Shown here: in pieces, positions 12,183 through 24,100 of the stretch
Numbering within the stretch: position 1 is the stretch's first letter
Layout: the number at the start of each line of letters is the position of its first letter
NCBI GenBank assembly: GCA_950097015.1
Contig: CATNEN010000001.1
Location: forward strand, 25,420,001 to 25,484,000
Reading direction: 5' to 3'
Length of the DNA stretch: 64,000 nucleotides
Origin: Macrostomum hystrix
Taxonomy: Eukaryota > Animalia > Platyhelminthes
Translations under genes and position numbers: made by a program
The notes under the pieces: generated by a model
Told to the model about the DNA's origin: nothing
The model's input: the letters and a program-made list of their open reading frames with translations, nothing else
Database searches by the model: none

Positions 12183-12811
12183 TGGATGCGGCTCAACATT
12201 TTCTATGCGTAATATACTACTGCCCTTCTCTATGATGCCATTTCAATACATCAATGGGCTGCAGATGGGATTCGAATACAACCTTTGAATGCTTCTGTGA
12301 CTGGGAATCAGGATTCTTCGAATCATGGGAATCTGATGACAGGGGATTCTGTGAATCATGGGGATTGGGGAAAGATGGAATTCTTTTAATTATGGAAATT
12401 GGTTAAAATGGGATTCTATGAATCATGGGGATTGGGGAAAGATGAATTTTTAAAAAAATATTTTTATCCCACCCGCAGTCCAGTAGGACATTAGGACAGT
12501 AGGAGTTTAAACAATAAACAATTTCAAATTTAGATTCTGAAGACTTATATTGTTTAGCCAAGTGACACACCCGCCAATTACAATTTACTGCACAGTGAAT
12601 ACACTTTGAATTGCTTAAAAATTATTGTGCTTCAAATGGCAGAAAAATCTGTACATCAATACTTGTGAGTAGTATGTGATATGCAAATATATTCATTGTT
12701 GCCATGGCAACCAAATTTGCAAAGCTGCTCCAATCACAGACAGCAATCACGCATATAAACTATTTGTGATTATTGTGTTCTAGTCCACTGTCTGATCTAT
12801 TTTTAGATTTA

Positions 12812-13482
12812 TCTCATGTTTTTATGTCACTCTCTCATATCTTCTGTCACTCTCTCATATCTTCTGTCACTCTCTAATATCTTCTGTCACTCTCTCATGT
12901 CTTCTGTCACCCTCTCATATCTTCTGTCACTCTCTCATATCTTCTGTCACTCTCTCATATCTTCTGTCACTCTCTCATATCTTCTGTCACCCTCTCATGT
13001 CTTCTGTCACCCTCTCATATCTTCTGTCACTCTCTCTTATCTTCTGTCACTCTCTCATATCTTCTGTCACTCTCTCATATCTTCTGTCACTCTCTAATAT
13101 CTTCTGTCACTCTCTCATGTCTTCTGTCACCCTCTCATATCTTCTGTCACTCTCTCATATCTTCTGTCACCCTCTCATATCTTCTGTCCCTCTCTCATGT
13201 CTTCTGTCACTCTCTCATATCTTCTGTCACTCTCATTTCTTCTGTCACTCTCATATCTTCTGTCACTCTCTCATATCTTCTGTCACTCTCTCATATCTTC
13301 TGTCACCCTCTCATATCTTCTGTCACTCTCATATCTTCTGTCACTCTCATTTCTTCTGTCACTCTCTCATATCCTCTGTCACTCTCTCATATCTTCTGTC
13401 ACTCTCTCATATCTTCTATCACTCTCTCATATCTTCTGTCACTCTCTCATATCTTCTATCACTCTCTCATATCTTCTATCAC
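12812..13482. repeat. 20-bp minisatellite (TGTCACTCTCTCATATCTTC), copy A
   Basis: Tandem units; the paralogous array is at 44890-47928. Confidence 0.95.
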
Positions 13483-13781
13483 TCGATCCCATCGACTTGT
13501 CCCTTCAGCAAACACATTGGCAATGAATTAACAGCTCAACAACATAACATAGACGGTGGCAGTGCCAGAGCATTCGGCTGCATCTTCAGCAACGGTGGAG
13601 GAGTCAGGAAGTGACAAATTTCAATGCGCGATGCACACTACTCGAACGCTTGGATGTTAGTAGCATAAAACGCATACGCCATGCAGAAATGAGATCAGAC
13701 CCACTCACCGCTTCTCCATTTCTAGTGAGCACAGACAGGCTGGATTTCACTCCAATGCTGGAGAATTCTCCGAATGGCGAC

Positions 13782-14360
13782 TTACTTACTTTGCAGGGGG
13801 GCCTGGGGCACTTGACGCACAAACACAGGAACGGCATGCCCCCAGGCCGGCGAACTAGGCGAGAGCCGCCCATCGCGCCGCCTCCCCTGAGCAGGCACCT
13901 CACACACACAGCAGCAAGCCAAGCGGGGAAGGGGGCGGCAGCCGGAGTGCCTCTCACCCCAGGCCCGCACACGCACAGAGCAGACCAAGCCGGGGCGGAA
14001 GGCTGATAGAAATCAGTCCTCAGGGGGGGCGGGTGACGAGTGTACACTTTATCCAATCGCGCTGACGGAAATCCAGATGAGCGCGCGGCGGTGTACACCC
14101 GCCCCCCAGCCACCCCCCGCAAGGTCTAACGCCCCAGCGCCAACGCACAAACTCATACAACGCAGAACAGGCACACAGAAAGTAGGAGCAAAGCTATTTT
14201 TCAAGCTTTGATTGCACGAAAAAAGGTGCACCTCCGCCGGTCGCTACTGTCCAAACCCCCCCAACAAGTACCGAAATTAATCGTGACCTGAAGGGTGAAT
14301 CGAACTAGCGTCCTTTGGAGTGCGAGGCAGCGACGTTAGCCGCTGACCCCCCTCGCCCCC
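13782..14360 (-). mobile_element. tRNA-derived SINE with an (AAGT)n tail, specific to copy A
   Basis: The minus-strand head reads GGGGGCGAGGGGGGTCAGCGG...AGTTCGATTC and the tail AAGTAAGTAA. A 14-bp TSD CTCCGAATGGCGAC lies at 13768-13781 and 14361-14374. The empty site is present in copy B at ~48209-48222. Confidence 0.85.
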
Positions 14361-16249
14361 CTCCGAATGGCGACACTGCTCCAGCTGATGAAGCTAGAGA
14401 GTCTGTGCATAACATGGTTGCGAATTTCATTTCTGAAGGAATTTCATTGATTAGTTTTAACCACTTCAGTAAACCAATTAAGTCGACAATCCTTACCATT
14501 TAGAGATCTTCAGCTCAGTGCACCCAAGCTGCAATAAATCTGATGTAACCGGGGGATGGAACAATGCGAGCGCTGGAAATCCCACGGGCTGATCCCAAGG
14601 TGGAAGGGGATCAGTCAGGCCTTACTCCCCAGTGGCACCCGCCCTAGTGATCGGTTGGTAGCTGCATGGTTTGTGGTCTGATTGCTCCGATTGGTGGGCT
14701 TTTCGAGGGAAAATTAAAGGCGGTGACTCAACGAGTAACGTGATTTTATAACCCAGACTGGCCGCTGACTTACAATTCTATGGGGAAAACTGGCAGATAA
14801 TGCCAGTGATCAAAAGAGTAAAATTACACTCCAAGGCCTTGGGGTGTAATTATAAGTATAGATACTTCAAATCTGTGTTATGGAAAATAAATTTTCAGTG
14901 CACAATCTACTCAGATGTAACTTACCATTAGTAATTTAACTTTACTTAAAACGTCATTATATTTTTAATTCGCATTTAAAATATGTCGTGCAGAATAGAA
15001 CTGGGAACTGAAAACCCGGTCACGTTTCTCAGTCTAATCAGGTTGGATGGATTCGAACTAAGATTTTGAAATCGTTACTGAGTTTCCAGGGTTCGAAACA
15101 GTATAACTCTTTAGAGTAGTATAGAACGATAAAATGCTAACTAGAAATAGTAATTAATGAGTAAATACTATCATGAAGTTTTTTAAAAACTATTAAGGAA
15201 TCGATTGCAATCGTAGAAACGAATCCTATAGAATGAACTTTTTTCTTTGAACTTCGGCGTGTCTGTAATAAAGCCTAACTGCAGTTCAGGAATTGGCGCT
15301 GTTTAGGCTCAACTTCTTTTTCGGCGGCAGACTGAAAAGGGCAGGCCTACCGCTCACTCGCTCAAAGACTTGCTAAACCCAAGGGATATAGTGCCTTTAA
15401 TTTACAGCTACTCAATATAATTATAGGCCCTTTTTGTAATTTGCTCAATGCTCAATAAAAATGTTTTTTTGTGTTTGTCACGATGTCTAATACACACCAA
15501 ATATTGCCTTGTATTTGTCCTTAACTTCTTTAAAGTTAGAATTTGAGAGTCTTGACATTCAAGTAAGAATTTGATTGAGAAGTTGAAATAAGGGTTTGGA
15601 GCCAGGGGGCTTGGGGCACAGGGACAGGGTCAGGGAGATTATGATACAGTAGAAAATTTCAATTTTCTGTAATGTAGCAATTTTTTATTCGTTAAACATT
15701 TCTAAAATTTAAATCTGGGATACAGAATCTGGTTTAATTTTTCTAATAAAAAAATCTGAGAGTGATTGTAAAGCTATATTCCGATATATAGTCAGTTCAG
15801 TTAGATATTGAAATAAATAGGCCTATTTATTTAATTAGCTATATATTATGTCTAATTTCTGAATCTTATTAAATGTTTGTTAGTAAATTTCAGTACTTAC
15901 ACTTAGAGTACACTAAGTTTAAAACACTATATGCACCTACAAATAACCACCAAATTTAGTAAGTTTAATTAGTAATTTAGTAAATATATTTCTTATTATT
16001 GCAATATATCTAGTTCTATATTCTAAATTGTGTGTAGTTTGTTTTTGTTGACCTAATCTGATAGACAAGAAAAATAAAAAGCTAAGGTGTCAAACAATTG
16101 CTGACTGACTTTCAACATCCTTAAGTTAATATTATCAGGCACATTATAATTATATGTTATATTGCATAGTTTCAACAGTTAACACTTAAGTTATAATGTA
16201 GTTGACCCAGTCTAGTTAGCTATGGAAGTTGTCATAAGTCTATGACAGT

Positions 16250-16690
16250 TCTGACAGGTCTGACTAGTGCCCTGCAGCCCTGCAGTTCTGACTAGAGCCC
16301 TGCAGTTCTGACTAGAGCCTTGCAGCCCTGCAGTTCTGACTAGAGCCTTGCAGCCCTGCAGTTCTGACTAGAGCCCTGCAGTTCTGACTAGAGCCCTGCA
16401 GTTCTGACTAGAGCCCCGCAGTTCTGACTAGAGCCCTGCAGTTCTGACTGGAGCCCTGCAGTTCTGACTAGAGCCCTGCAGTTCTGACTAGAGCCCTGCA
16501 GCCCTGCAGTTCTGACTAGAGCCTTACAGTTCTGACTAGAGCCCTGCAGTTCTGACTAGAGCCCTGCAGTTCTGACTAGTGCCCTGCAGTTCTGACTAGA
16601 GCCCTGCAGTTCTGACTAGTGCCCTGCAGTTCTGACTAGAGCCCTGCAGTTCTGACTAGAGCCCTGCAGTTCTGACTAGAGCCCTGCAGC
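16250..16690. repeat. 20-bp minisatellite (CCCTGCAGTTCTGACTAGAG), first array
   Basis: Tandem units. Confidence 0.95.
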
Positions 16691-16836
16691 CCTACAATAA
16701 TTAAAAAATGTTGTTGTAAAATGTTGTTGAAAAAATAAAAAAAGGCTGAGAAATAAACTTATATTTATTTAGAGAGCTAGGCTTGGCCTGCTCTGAAAAA
16801 CTTCTCTCTCTGCAAGCCACGCTGACTTTATTACAG

Positions 16837-18225
16837 GGATCATTGTCAACTGTGGGATCGTTGTCAACTGGGGGTTCATTGTCAACTGTGGGATCATTGT
16901 CAACGGGCCGGATCATTGTCAACTGGGGGATCATTGTCAACTGGGGGTTCATTGTCAACTGGGGGATCATTTTCAACTGGGGGATCATCATCAACTGGGG
17001 GATCATTGTAAACTGGGGGATCTTTATCAACTGGGGGATCATTGTCAACTTGGGGATCATTGTCAACTGGGGGGATCATTGTCAACTGGGGGATCATTGT
17101 CAACTGGGGGATCGTTGTAAACGGGGGGTTCATTGTCAACTGGGGGATCATTGTCAACTGGGGGATCATTGTCAACTGGGCGATTATCATCAACTGGGGG
17201 GATCATTGTCAACTGGGGGATCATTGTCAACTGGGGGATCATTGTCAACTGGGGGATCATATTCAACTGGGGGATCATTGTAAACTGGGGGATATTTGTC
17301 AACTGGGGGATCATTGTCAACTGTGGGATCATTTTCAACTGGGGGATCATTGTCAACTGGGGGATCGTTGTAAACGGGGGGTTCATTGTCAACTGGGGGA
17401 TCATTGTCAACTGGGGGATCTTTGTCAACTGGGCGATTATCATCAACTGGGGGGATCATTGTCAACTGGGGGTTCATTGTCAGTTGTGGGATCATTGTCA
17501 ACTGGGGGATCATTGTCAACTGGGGGATCATTTTCAACTGGGAGTTCATTGTCAACTGGGGGATCATTGTCAACTGGGGGAACATTGTCAACTGGAGGGG
17601 ACATTGTTAACTGGGGATCATCATCAATGGGGAGTCATCATCAACTGGGGGATCTTTGTCAACTGGGGGATCATTGTCAACTTGGGGATCATTGTCAACT
17701 GGGGGATCATTGTCAACTGGGGGATCTTTGTCAACTGGGGGATCGTTGTCAACTGGGGATTCATTGTCAACTGTGGGATCATTGTCAACTGGGGGATCAT
17801 TGTCAACTGGGCGGTCATCATCAACTGGGGGGATCATTGCCAACTGGGGGTTCATTGTCAACTGTGGGATCATTGTCAACGGGCGGGATCATTGTCAACT
17901 GGGGGATCATTGTCAACTGGGGGATCATTGTCAACTGGGGGATCATATTCAACTGGGAGATCATTGTAAACTGGGGGATATTTGTCAACTGGGGGATCAT
18001 TGTCAACTGTGGGATCATTTTCAACTGGGGGATCATTGTTAACTCGGGGATATTTGTCAACTGGGGGATCATTGTCAACTGTGGGATCATTGTCAACTGG
18101 GGGATCATTGTCAACTGGGGGATCATTGTAAACCGGGGGTTCATTGTCAACTGGGGGATCATTGTCAACTGGGGGATCATCATCAACTGGGGGATCATCA
18201 TCAACTGGGGGATCATTCAACTGGT
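16837..18225. repeat. 18-bp minisatellite (GGATCATTGTCAACTGGG)
   Basis: Tandem units. Confidence 0.95.
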
Positions 18226-18324
18226 GGTTCATTGTAGCTTTAAAAAGTTGTAAATTCAGCTGCTAAAAAGTATATACTAGACGAATTAAAAGTATTTCTG
18301 CTCCCCGAAGGGGGGCAAAACTTG

Positions 18325-19090
18325 CTAGTTCTGACTAGAGCCCTGCAGTTCTGACTAGAGCCCTGCAGTTCTGACTAGAGCCCTGCAGTTCTGACTAGAG
18401 CCCTGCAGTTCTGACTAGAGCCCTGCAGTTCTGACTAGAGCCCTGCAGTTCTGACTAGAGCCCTGCAGTTCTGACTAGAGCCCTGCAGTTCTGACTAGAG
18501 CCCTGCAGTTCTGACTAGAGCCCTGCAGTTCTGACTAGAGCCCTGCAGTTATGACTAGAGCCCTGCAGTTCTGACTAGAACCCTGCAGTTATGACTAGAG
18601 CCCTGCAGTTCTGACTAGAGCCCTGCAGTTATGACTAGAGCCCTGCAGTTATGACTAGAGCCCTGCAGTTCTGACTAGAGCCCTGCAGTTCTGACTAGAG
18701 CCCTGCAGTTCTGACTAGAGCCCTGCAGTTATGACTAGAGCCCTGCAGTTCTGACTAGAACCCTGCAGTTATGACTAGAGCCCTGCAGTTCTGACTAGAG
18801 CCCTGCAGTTATGACTAGAGCCCTGCAGTTATGACTAGAGCCCTGCAGTTATGACTAGAGCCCTGCAGTTATGACTAGAGCCCTGCAGTTATGACTAGAA
18901 CCCTGCAGTTCTGACTAGTGCCCTGCAGTTCTGACTAGAACCCTGCAGTTATGACTAGAGCCCTGCAGTTCTGACTAGAGCCCTGCAGTTCTGACTAGAA
19001 CCCTGCAGTTCTGACTAGAGCCCTGCAGTTCTGACTAGAGCCCTGCAGTTCTGACTAGAGCCCTGCAGTTCTGACTAGAGCCCTGCAGCC
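18325..19090. repeat. 20-bp minisatellite (CCCTGCAGTTCTGACTAGAG), second array
   Basis: Same unit and same 3' flank (CCCTACAATAATTAAAAAA(A)TGTTGTTGT) as the first array. Confidence 0.95.
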
Positions 19091-19364
19091 CTACAATAAT
19101 TAAAAAAATGTTGTTGTCACCCTTGAGCCAGGAAGAATTATGTTGGCGTCCTTCTGTCATGATTTATCCCACCACTTACAATTCCTGGCTGAACCCTAGC
19201 CCTTTAAAAATGGGAGTAATAATTTCTACTAAGAGTAGGCATCTAACATCTCTACATTGAAGCATCATTAAAAGAAATTTATATGCTTATTTTCTATGAT
19301 TCTACTACTATAACATTCAGAATATAAAATTAGTTTTTTTAATCTGTTAATATATTCAGCACAA

Positions 19365-19550
19365 TTCATCACACATCCACATTTCTCACCTACCCTAGAA
19401 CACTGTACATCAGTGAGCCAATCAGAACTCATCACACAACCACATTTCTCACCTACCCTAGAACACTGTACATCGTTGAGCCAATCAGAACTCATCACCC
19501 AACCACATTTCTCACCTACCCTAGAACACTGTACATCAGTGAGCCAAGCA
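19365..19550. repeat. 63-bp tandem repeat, three copies
   Basis: CCACATTTCTCACCTACCCTAGAACACTGTACATC recurs at 63-bp spacing. Confidence 0.9.
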
Positions 19551-19775
19551 GAGCATGGCTTTGCTGATTGGTTGTCCATGGTCAAGACTAGGCCAGTTAC
19601 CTAGATATAATTATGACAATACAGATGTAGTCAACATAACTAACTAGTTAACCAATTAATCATTATTTACCTTCTGGTATAGTTAATTGTAGACCATTTG
19701 GTATTGGTGTTGTATTTAATTTGGGAATATGTGACCTAATGAGACACAATGGCCAAGCATTCTTGAGATTTAGAT

Positions 19776-19860
19776 TTAGACCGCATCATCTGCACATGCA
19801 ATTTAGACTGCATCATCTGCACATGCAATTCAGACTGCATCATCTGCACATGCAATTTAG
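19776..19860. repeat. 27-bp tandem repeat, three copies
   Basis: Unit TTCAGACTGCATCATCTGCACATGCAA; expanded in copy B. Confidence 0.85.
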
Positions 19861-21111
19861 ATATTTACATAATTTACCTACATATACATTAACATATACA
19901 TTTAGATTTACAATTTACACATCACTCAACTGATATGTATTAGGTCTCTGAAATCATTCAACTTTTCTTTCTTAAATTCTTGTGATTGTGATGATGCTTC
20001 TGTTAATGCTGTTTCTTAACTTTTGCACATGGTAGACATGTCTAGGTGCCCATTGTCTAGATTGGTCATTGCTTAGAGTAATATGATTGCTTTTCTAGTC
20101 CTAAATTCTATAACCATTTTTGCTATTGCTTAAGTTTATTTGTGTTGATTGAGTTTTAACATCCTTAAGTTAATATTATCTGGCACATTATCTTGTCCTA
20201 ACCTTGGCCATAGCAGGGGTGTAGTTATCAGGGAATACAGGGACATTGTGACGAGTGTTTAGTTAGTTGTTGTGTAGCGGATTTGGGTTGGGATTTAAAT
20301 ATATTGCTTTTTAAGTTTGTTTGTTTGACTAGCTGTGAGGTGGTAATGGGTGGGGACGGCGACGGCAACACTCAAAACATGTTTATTATTATAACAACAG
20401 AAAGTACTAATTGGGTGTTGAATAAATTTGGTGCAATAATACCCAAGTGTACACTTAGGAAATAAGCCAATCAGAATATAGGGTCAAGGTCAGAGCCAAG
20501 TTCTACTTTCTAGTCACAGAATAAAATGATTATTGCGCAAAAAGTGAATGAAGAGTGAAGTGCGAAAACCAAAATAGTGTACCATACACAATATACCGTA
20601 AACTGTATTGTTATAATAAGAAAAGTAAGAAAGTAAGTATTTACAATAATTATACACCTGCGATAAACAAACACTGCCACAATATATTCTCCCATTTGTC
20701 TGCTTAAACAGTTGCCCATTATATAAGTTAAAGTTTACTGATTTTTATCGCCGTATTTTCATGTTTCTTTGACAATATTTAGCATGTTTTACAAATGTAG
20801 AGTATGAATTAATGTACTAATGTACTAAACTAGAGTAAGTATGAATTCGCTAATAATGCAGTTATCATTTATATTTAACTATTTCCCACAGCTGCAGCAT
20901 GCGCTCCACTCTACTGCCCTGTTAGTAGCCACCAAGGAGCACGATTCGAGAGCACTCCAAGGAGAGAGCGGCAGACACTGGCCTGCCCGTTGCCATAGCA
21001 ACAATTTCAGGCATAAAAGCAGTCTCCGAGCTGCAGCGGGCCAGAGATGGAATCGCTGTGGGCTCACCTTGAGCAGTGCTCAATCTAACTCCTCACTCTA
21101 ATCCCAGTCCC

Positions 21112-24100
21112 ATGGCTGCTGGAGGCCCAAGCGATGACCAGGTGAGGGACTCAGAGAGCCAATCACAGTGCTCTTTCTATTGCTCAAATATTGACTGAAC
21201 TTTCCCACTGACTGTTGCATTGCCGACTCTCAGCTGCAGAGACTCGCCCAGCTGACCATCCAGGGCGACTTTGGCCAGGTGCGCCAACTGGCGACGCGAC
21301 AGCTGGTGGCAAGCACAGATGACAGCGGATGGACCATCTTGATGCTGGTGGCCGACGCTCCAGATACTCCCGTGGAGGCTGAGAAGTGCGTATTGTACTT
21401 ATTTGAGTTGGACGCGGATCCGGCAGCGCGTGACGGGGCCGGCGACACGGCTGCGCACGTGGCAGCCAGACGAAACCACCTGCGGCTGCTGGCGCTGCTG
21501 CCGTTCGATGCGAAGTGGCTGCAGAACAAGCGAGGCGCGACACCGCTGATGGAGGCAGCTCGGGCCGGCAGCTGGCGAATCGCGAAACACCTGCTGCATC
21601 TGCTGAGGCAGTGGAGGTATAATGAGTATAATAAGAGAGGCAACTCGAAGAGGGATCAGCTGCTCGGCCTGCAGGACAGCGAAGGTCGAACCGCGCTCGA
21701 CCTGGCGAGGCAGGGCGGCCACTCAGAGCTGGCCAGCGACATTGAGCGGTGAGTGATCAGTTCGCTGCTGTGCCCGATTCGCAGCATTGCAGCTGGGGTG
21801 GCCTGAGCATTGGTCTCAGCCCAGCCAATCAGAGCCAGTCAGCTGAAGCCGCTGTTGTTTGCATGGCCCAATGGGATTTCATTTCGGTGCAGTCGCTTTT
21901 GCATTTCTAGTTTAGCAACTCGAGCTAACTAATAAATCGATGGGAGATCACTCAAATGGGAACTTGTCAATCTGGGAAAGCATTAGAGATGCAGGGGAAT
22001 TTTGTGCTGCAACTGAATTCCCCATGTGTTTGTGTCTCCCACGGGCAGTTACACTTCCCCAATATTCTGATTGGCTGAGATTTCACTTCCCTTAACTTGG
22101 AGATTCGCAAATATGCAATCAGCAAATCTCCAATGGCTGGCATTTCTCATGCCGCAGTGCTTTCTCGACCCCAACACTTTGCTGATGCAGCGAATTTGAG
22201 GCTGAGTAAAAATGAGCTTGTCCGAAACTGCTGCCTGTTTGTGTGCGATGAGAATTTCGCATTTGATTTCTTCTGCTTTGCAGGGAGATGCGGCTGCGAG
22301 TGGATGAAAATGGCTGGATCTCCGGCCTGACAGACTCGGTGAGTGGCATCTGGGGTGCCGATGTGGGTGCAGATGAGCAGCTGTGCTCAAATTCGCCACT
22401 CGCCTTTGCAGGAGGAGGCAGAGCGAGAGGAACTGGAGCGGCTGGCCTGGGCGGGCGACTCGGCGGGGCTGCGGCGAGCGGCGACCCGCGGCAACTGCGA
22501 CCTGCCGGACAGGAGGGGTCGGACAGCGTTAATGCATGCAGCTCGGAACATCCAGTGCTCTGACGGGGCTCTGTGGCAGCATCTGCTGCAGCTCGGGGAC
22601 CCCACCTGTGCTAGTGTGGGTGCTCACAGTTGCCTGCACTGGGCAGCCGAGGCTGGCAATCCTGCCGCAGTCTCCCAGCTGCTCCATGCCGGAGCCTCCG
22701 CCAACGCCAGGGATTGGAGGGAATCCACGCCCCTCATGCGGGCAGCCTGGGCGCCCCCCGCCACCGCCGCCGCAGTCGGTCGGGCTCTGCTGGCCGCAGG
22801 GTCGGACTGGAGCCTGAAGGACAGAGATGGCAAGACTGCGCTGGACTGGGCCACAGAGTATGGAAAGAGCGAACTGGCCGAGCTGCTGCGTGGGTGAGTT
22901 GCCATGGCGACTGAGAATGTCTCTCATCTTGCATTATCGCACTGAGTGGGTGCAGGTCGCAGTGTTTCACTGATCAGAGTCAAAGTGGGTTGCAATTTTT
23001 AGCCAAAATATTTTCTGTCCAATCAGAGTTTTGCCAGCCTCTGCCACTCAAGCAGTTTGCAGTGCTGCAAATAATAGCATTAATATTATCAGTGGGAATA
23101 AGGCTTTCCATTTGCTGCTTTTTATAGGTGAAAATGCGCACTGCGTACCGTGCGGGCCGCTCTCACAAAGCCCAATTTTCAGTGCGCAATTCAGAGTTTG
23201 TGCAGTCCGAAGCAACTTCTGCTTTCGACGCTGTGGAAATTGGGGCTTGTGAAACGGCTGAGCATCGCTTCTGGAGGGGTGGGCGTGCGGGCGCTCTCCC
23301 ATTGGCTGGCGGCCTCCCCGCCCCGTCTCTCCCATTGGCTGGCTGCCTCCGCCAGTCAGTTTTAGCGTTGCGCTGTTGCGCTGTTGCGCTGCTATTGCTG
23401 GAAAACTGACACAGCTGAGCTAAAATGCACAGTTTAGTTACAGTTTGCTGCTACTTGAACTGTTAATTGGCATTGGCATTAATTACTGCAGTGCCTTCAG
23501 CAAACACAAGCAAAGGACAGGACACACTCAGGACAAACACAAGTCAGCAATCAGACGCAGACTAAAGTGCATTGAATGAAAAACAGTCTGGCTGACTGTG
23601 GCTCACTTGGCGCAAGTGACGGCCTACAGGGCGGCTGTTAAGAAGAGGCCACCCACAGAGTGGGGGTCGAGGGCCGCACAGGCAAATGAAAATGTGCGGA
23701 GAGGCCCCCAGCGAAGGCAGGGACTGTGGAGTGGGGTGGGTGGCCCCGCCTCTCTGCCCCCTCGGCACCTCGTCACCTCGCAGCCAGCGAGTGGCAATTC
23801 TGCCCATTCCGCTGACTCCTGAGCACACACGCACACAGATGCCTTCAATAAAGTTGACAGCTGTCCAAATACTTTTGCGGAGTCTGTCTCGGTTTCCTCA
23901 CCTTCTTCAGTGATTTGCCACTGGCCAAGTGAGCCTCACTGATCAAAAACTGTCAGTTGAAGAGCGGTAGAAGGGAAGTGGGATATTTTTGTATTCACTT
24001 TTCCCCACGGCATGCCAGGGCATGAATCTGACATTCTCCTTCGGTAGCATGTTTTGAGACAGGGGAGATGAGACAGGGAGATGAGACAGGGAGATGAGAC

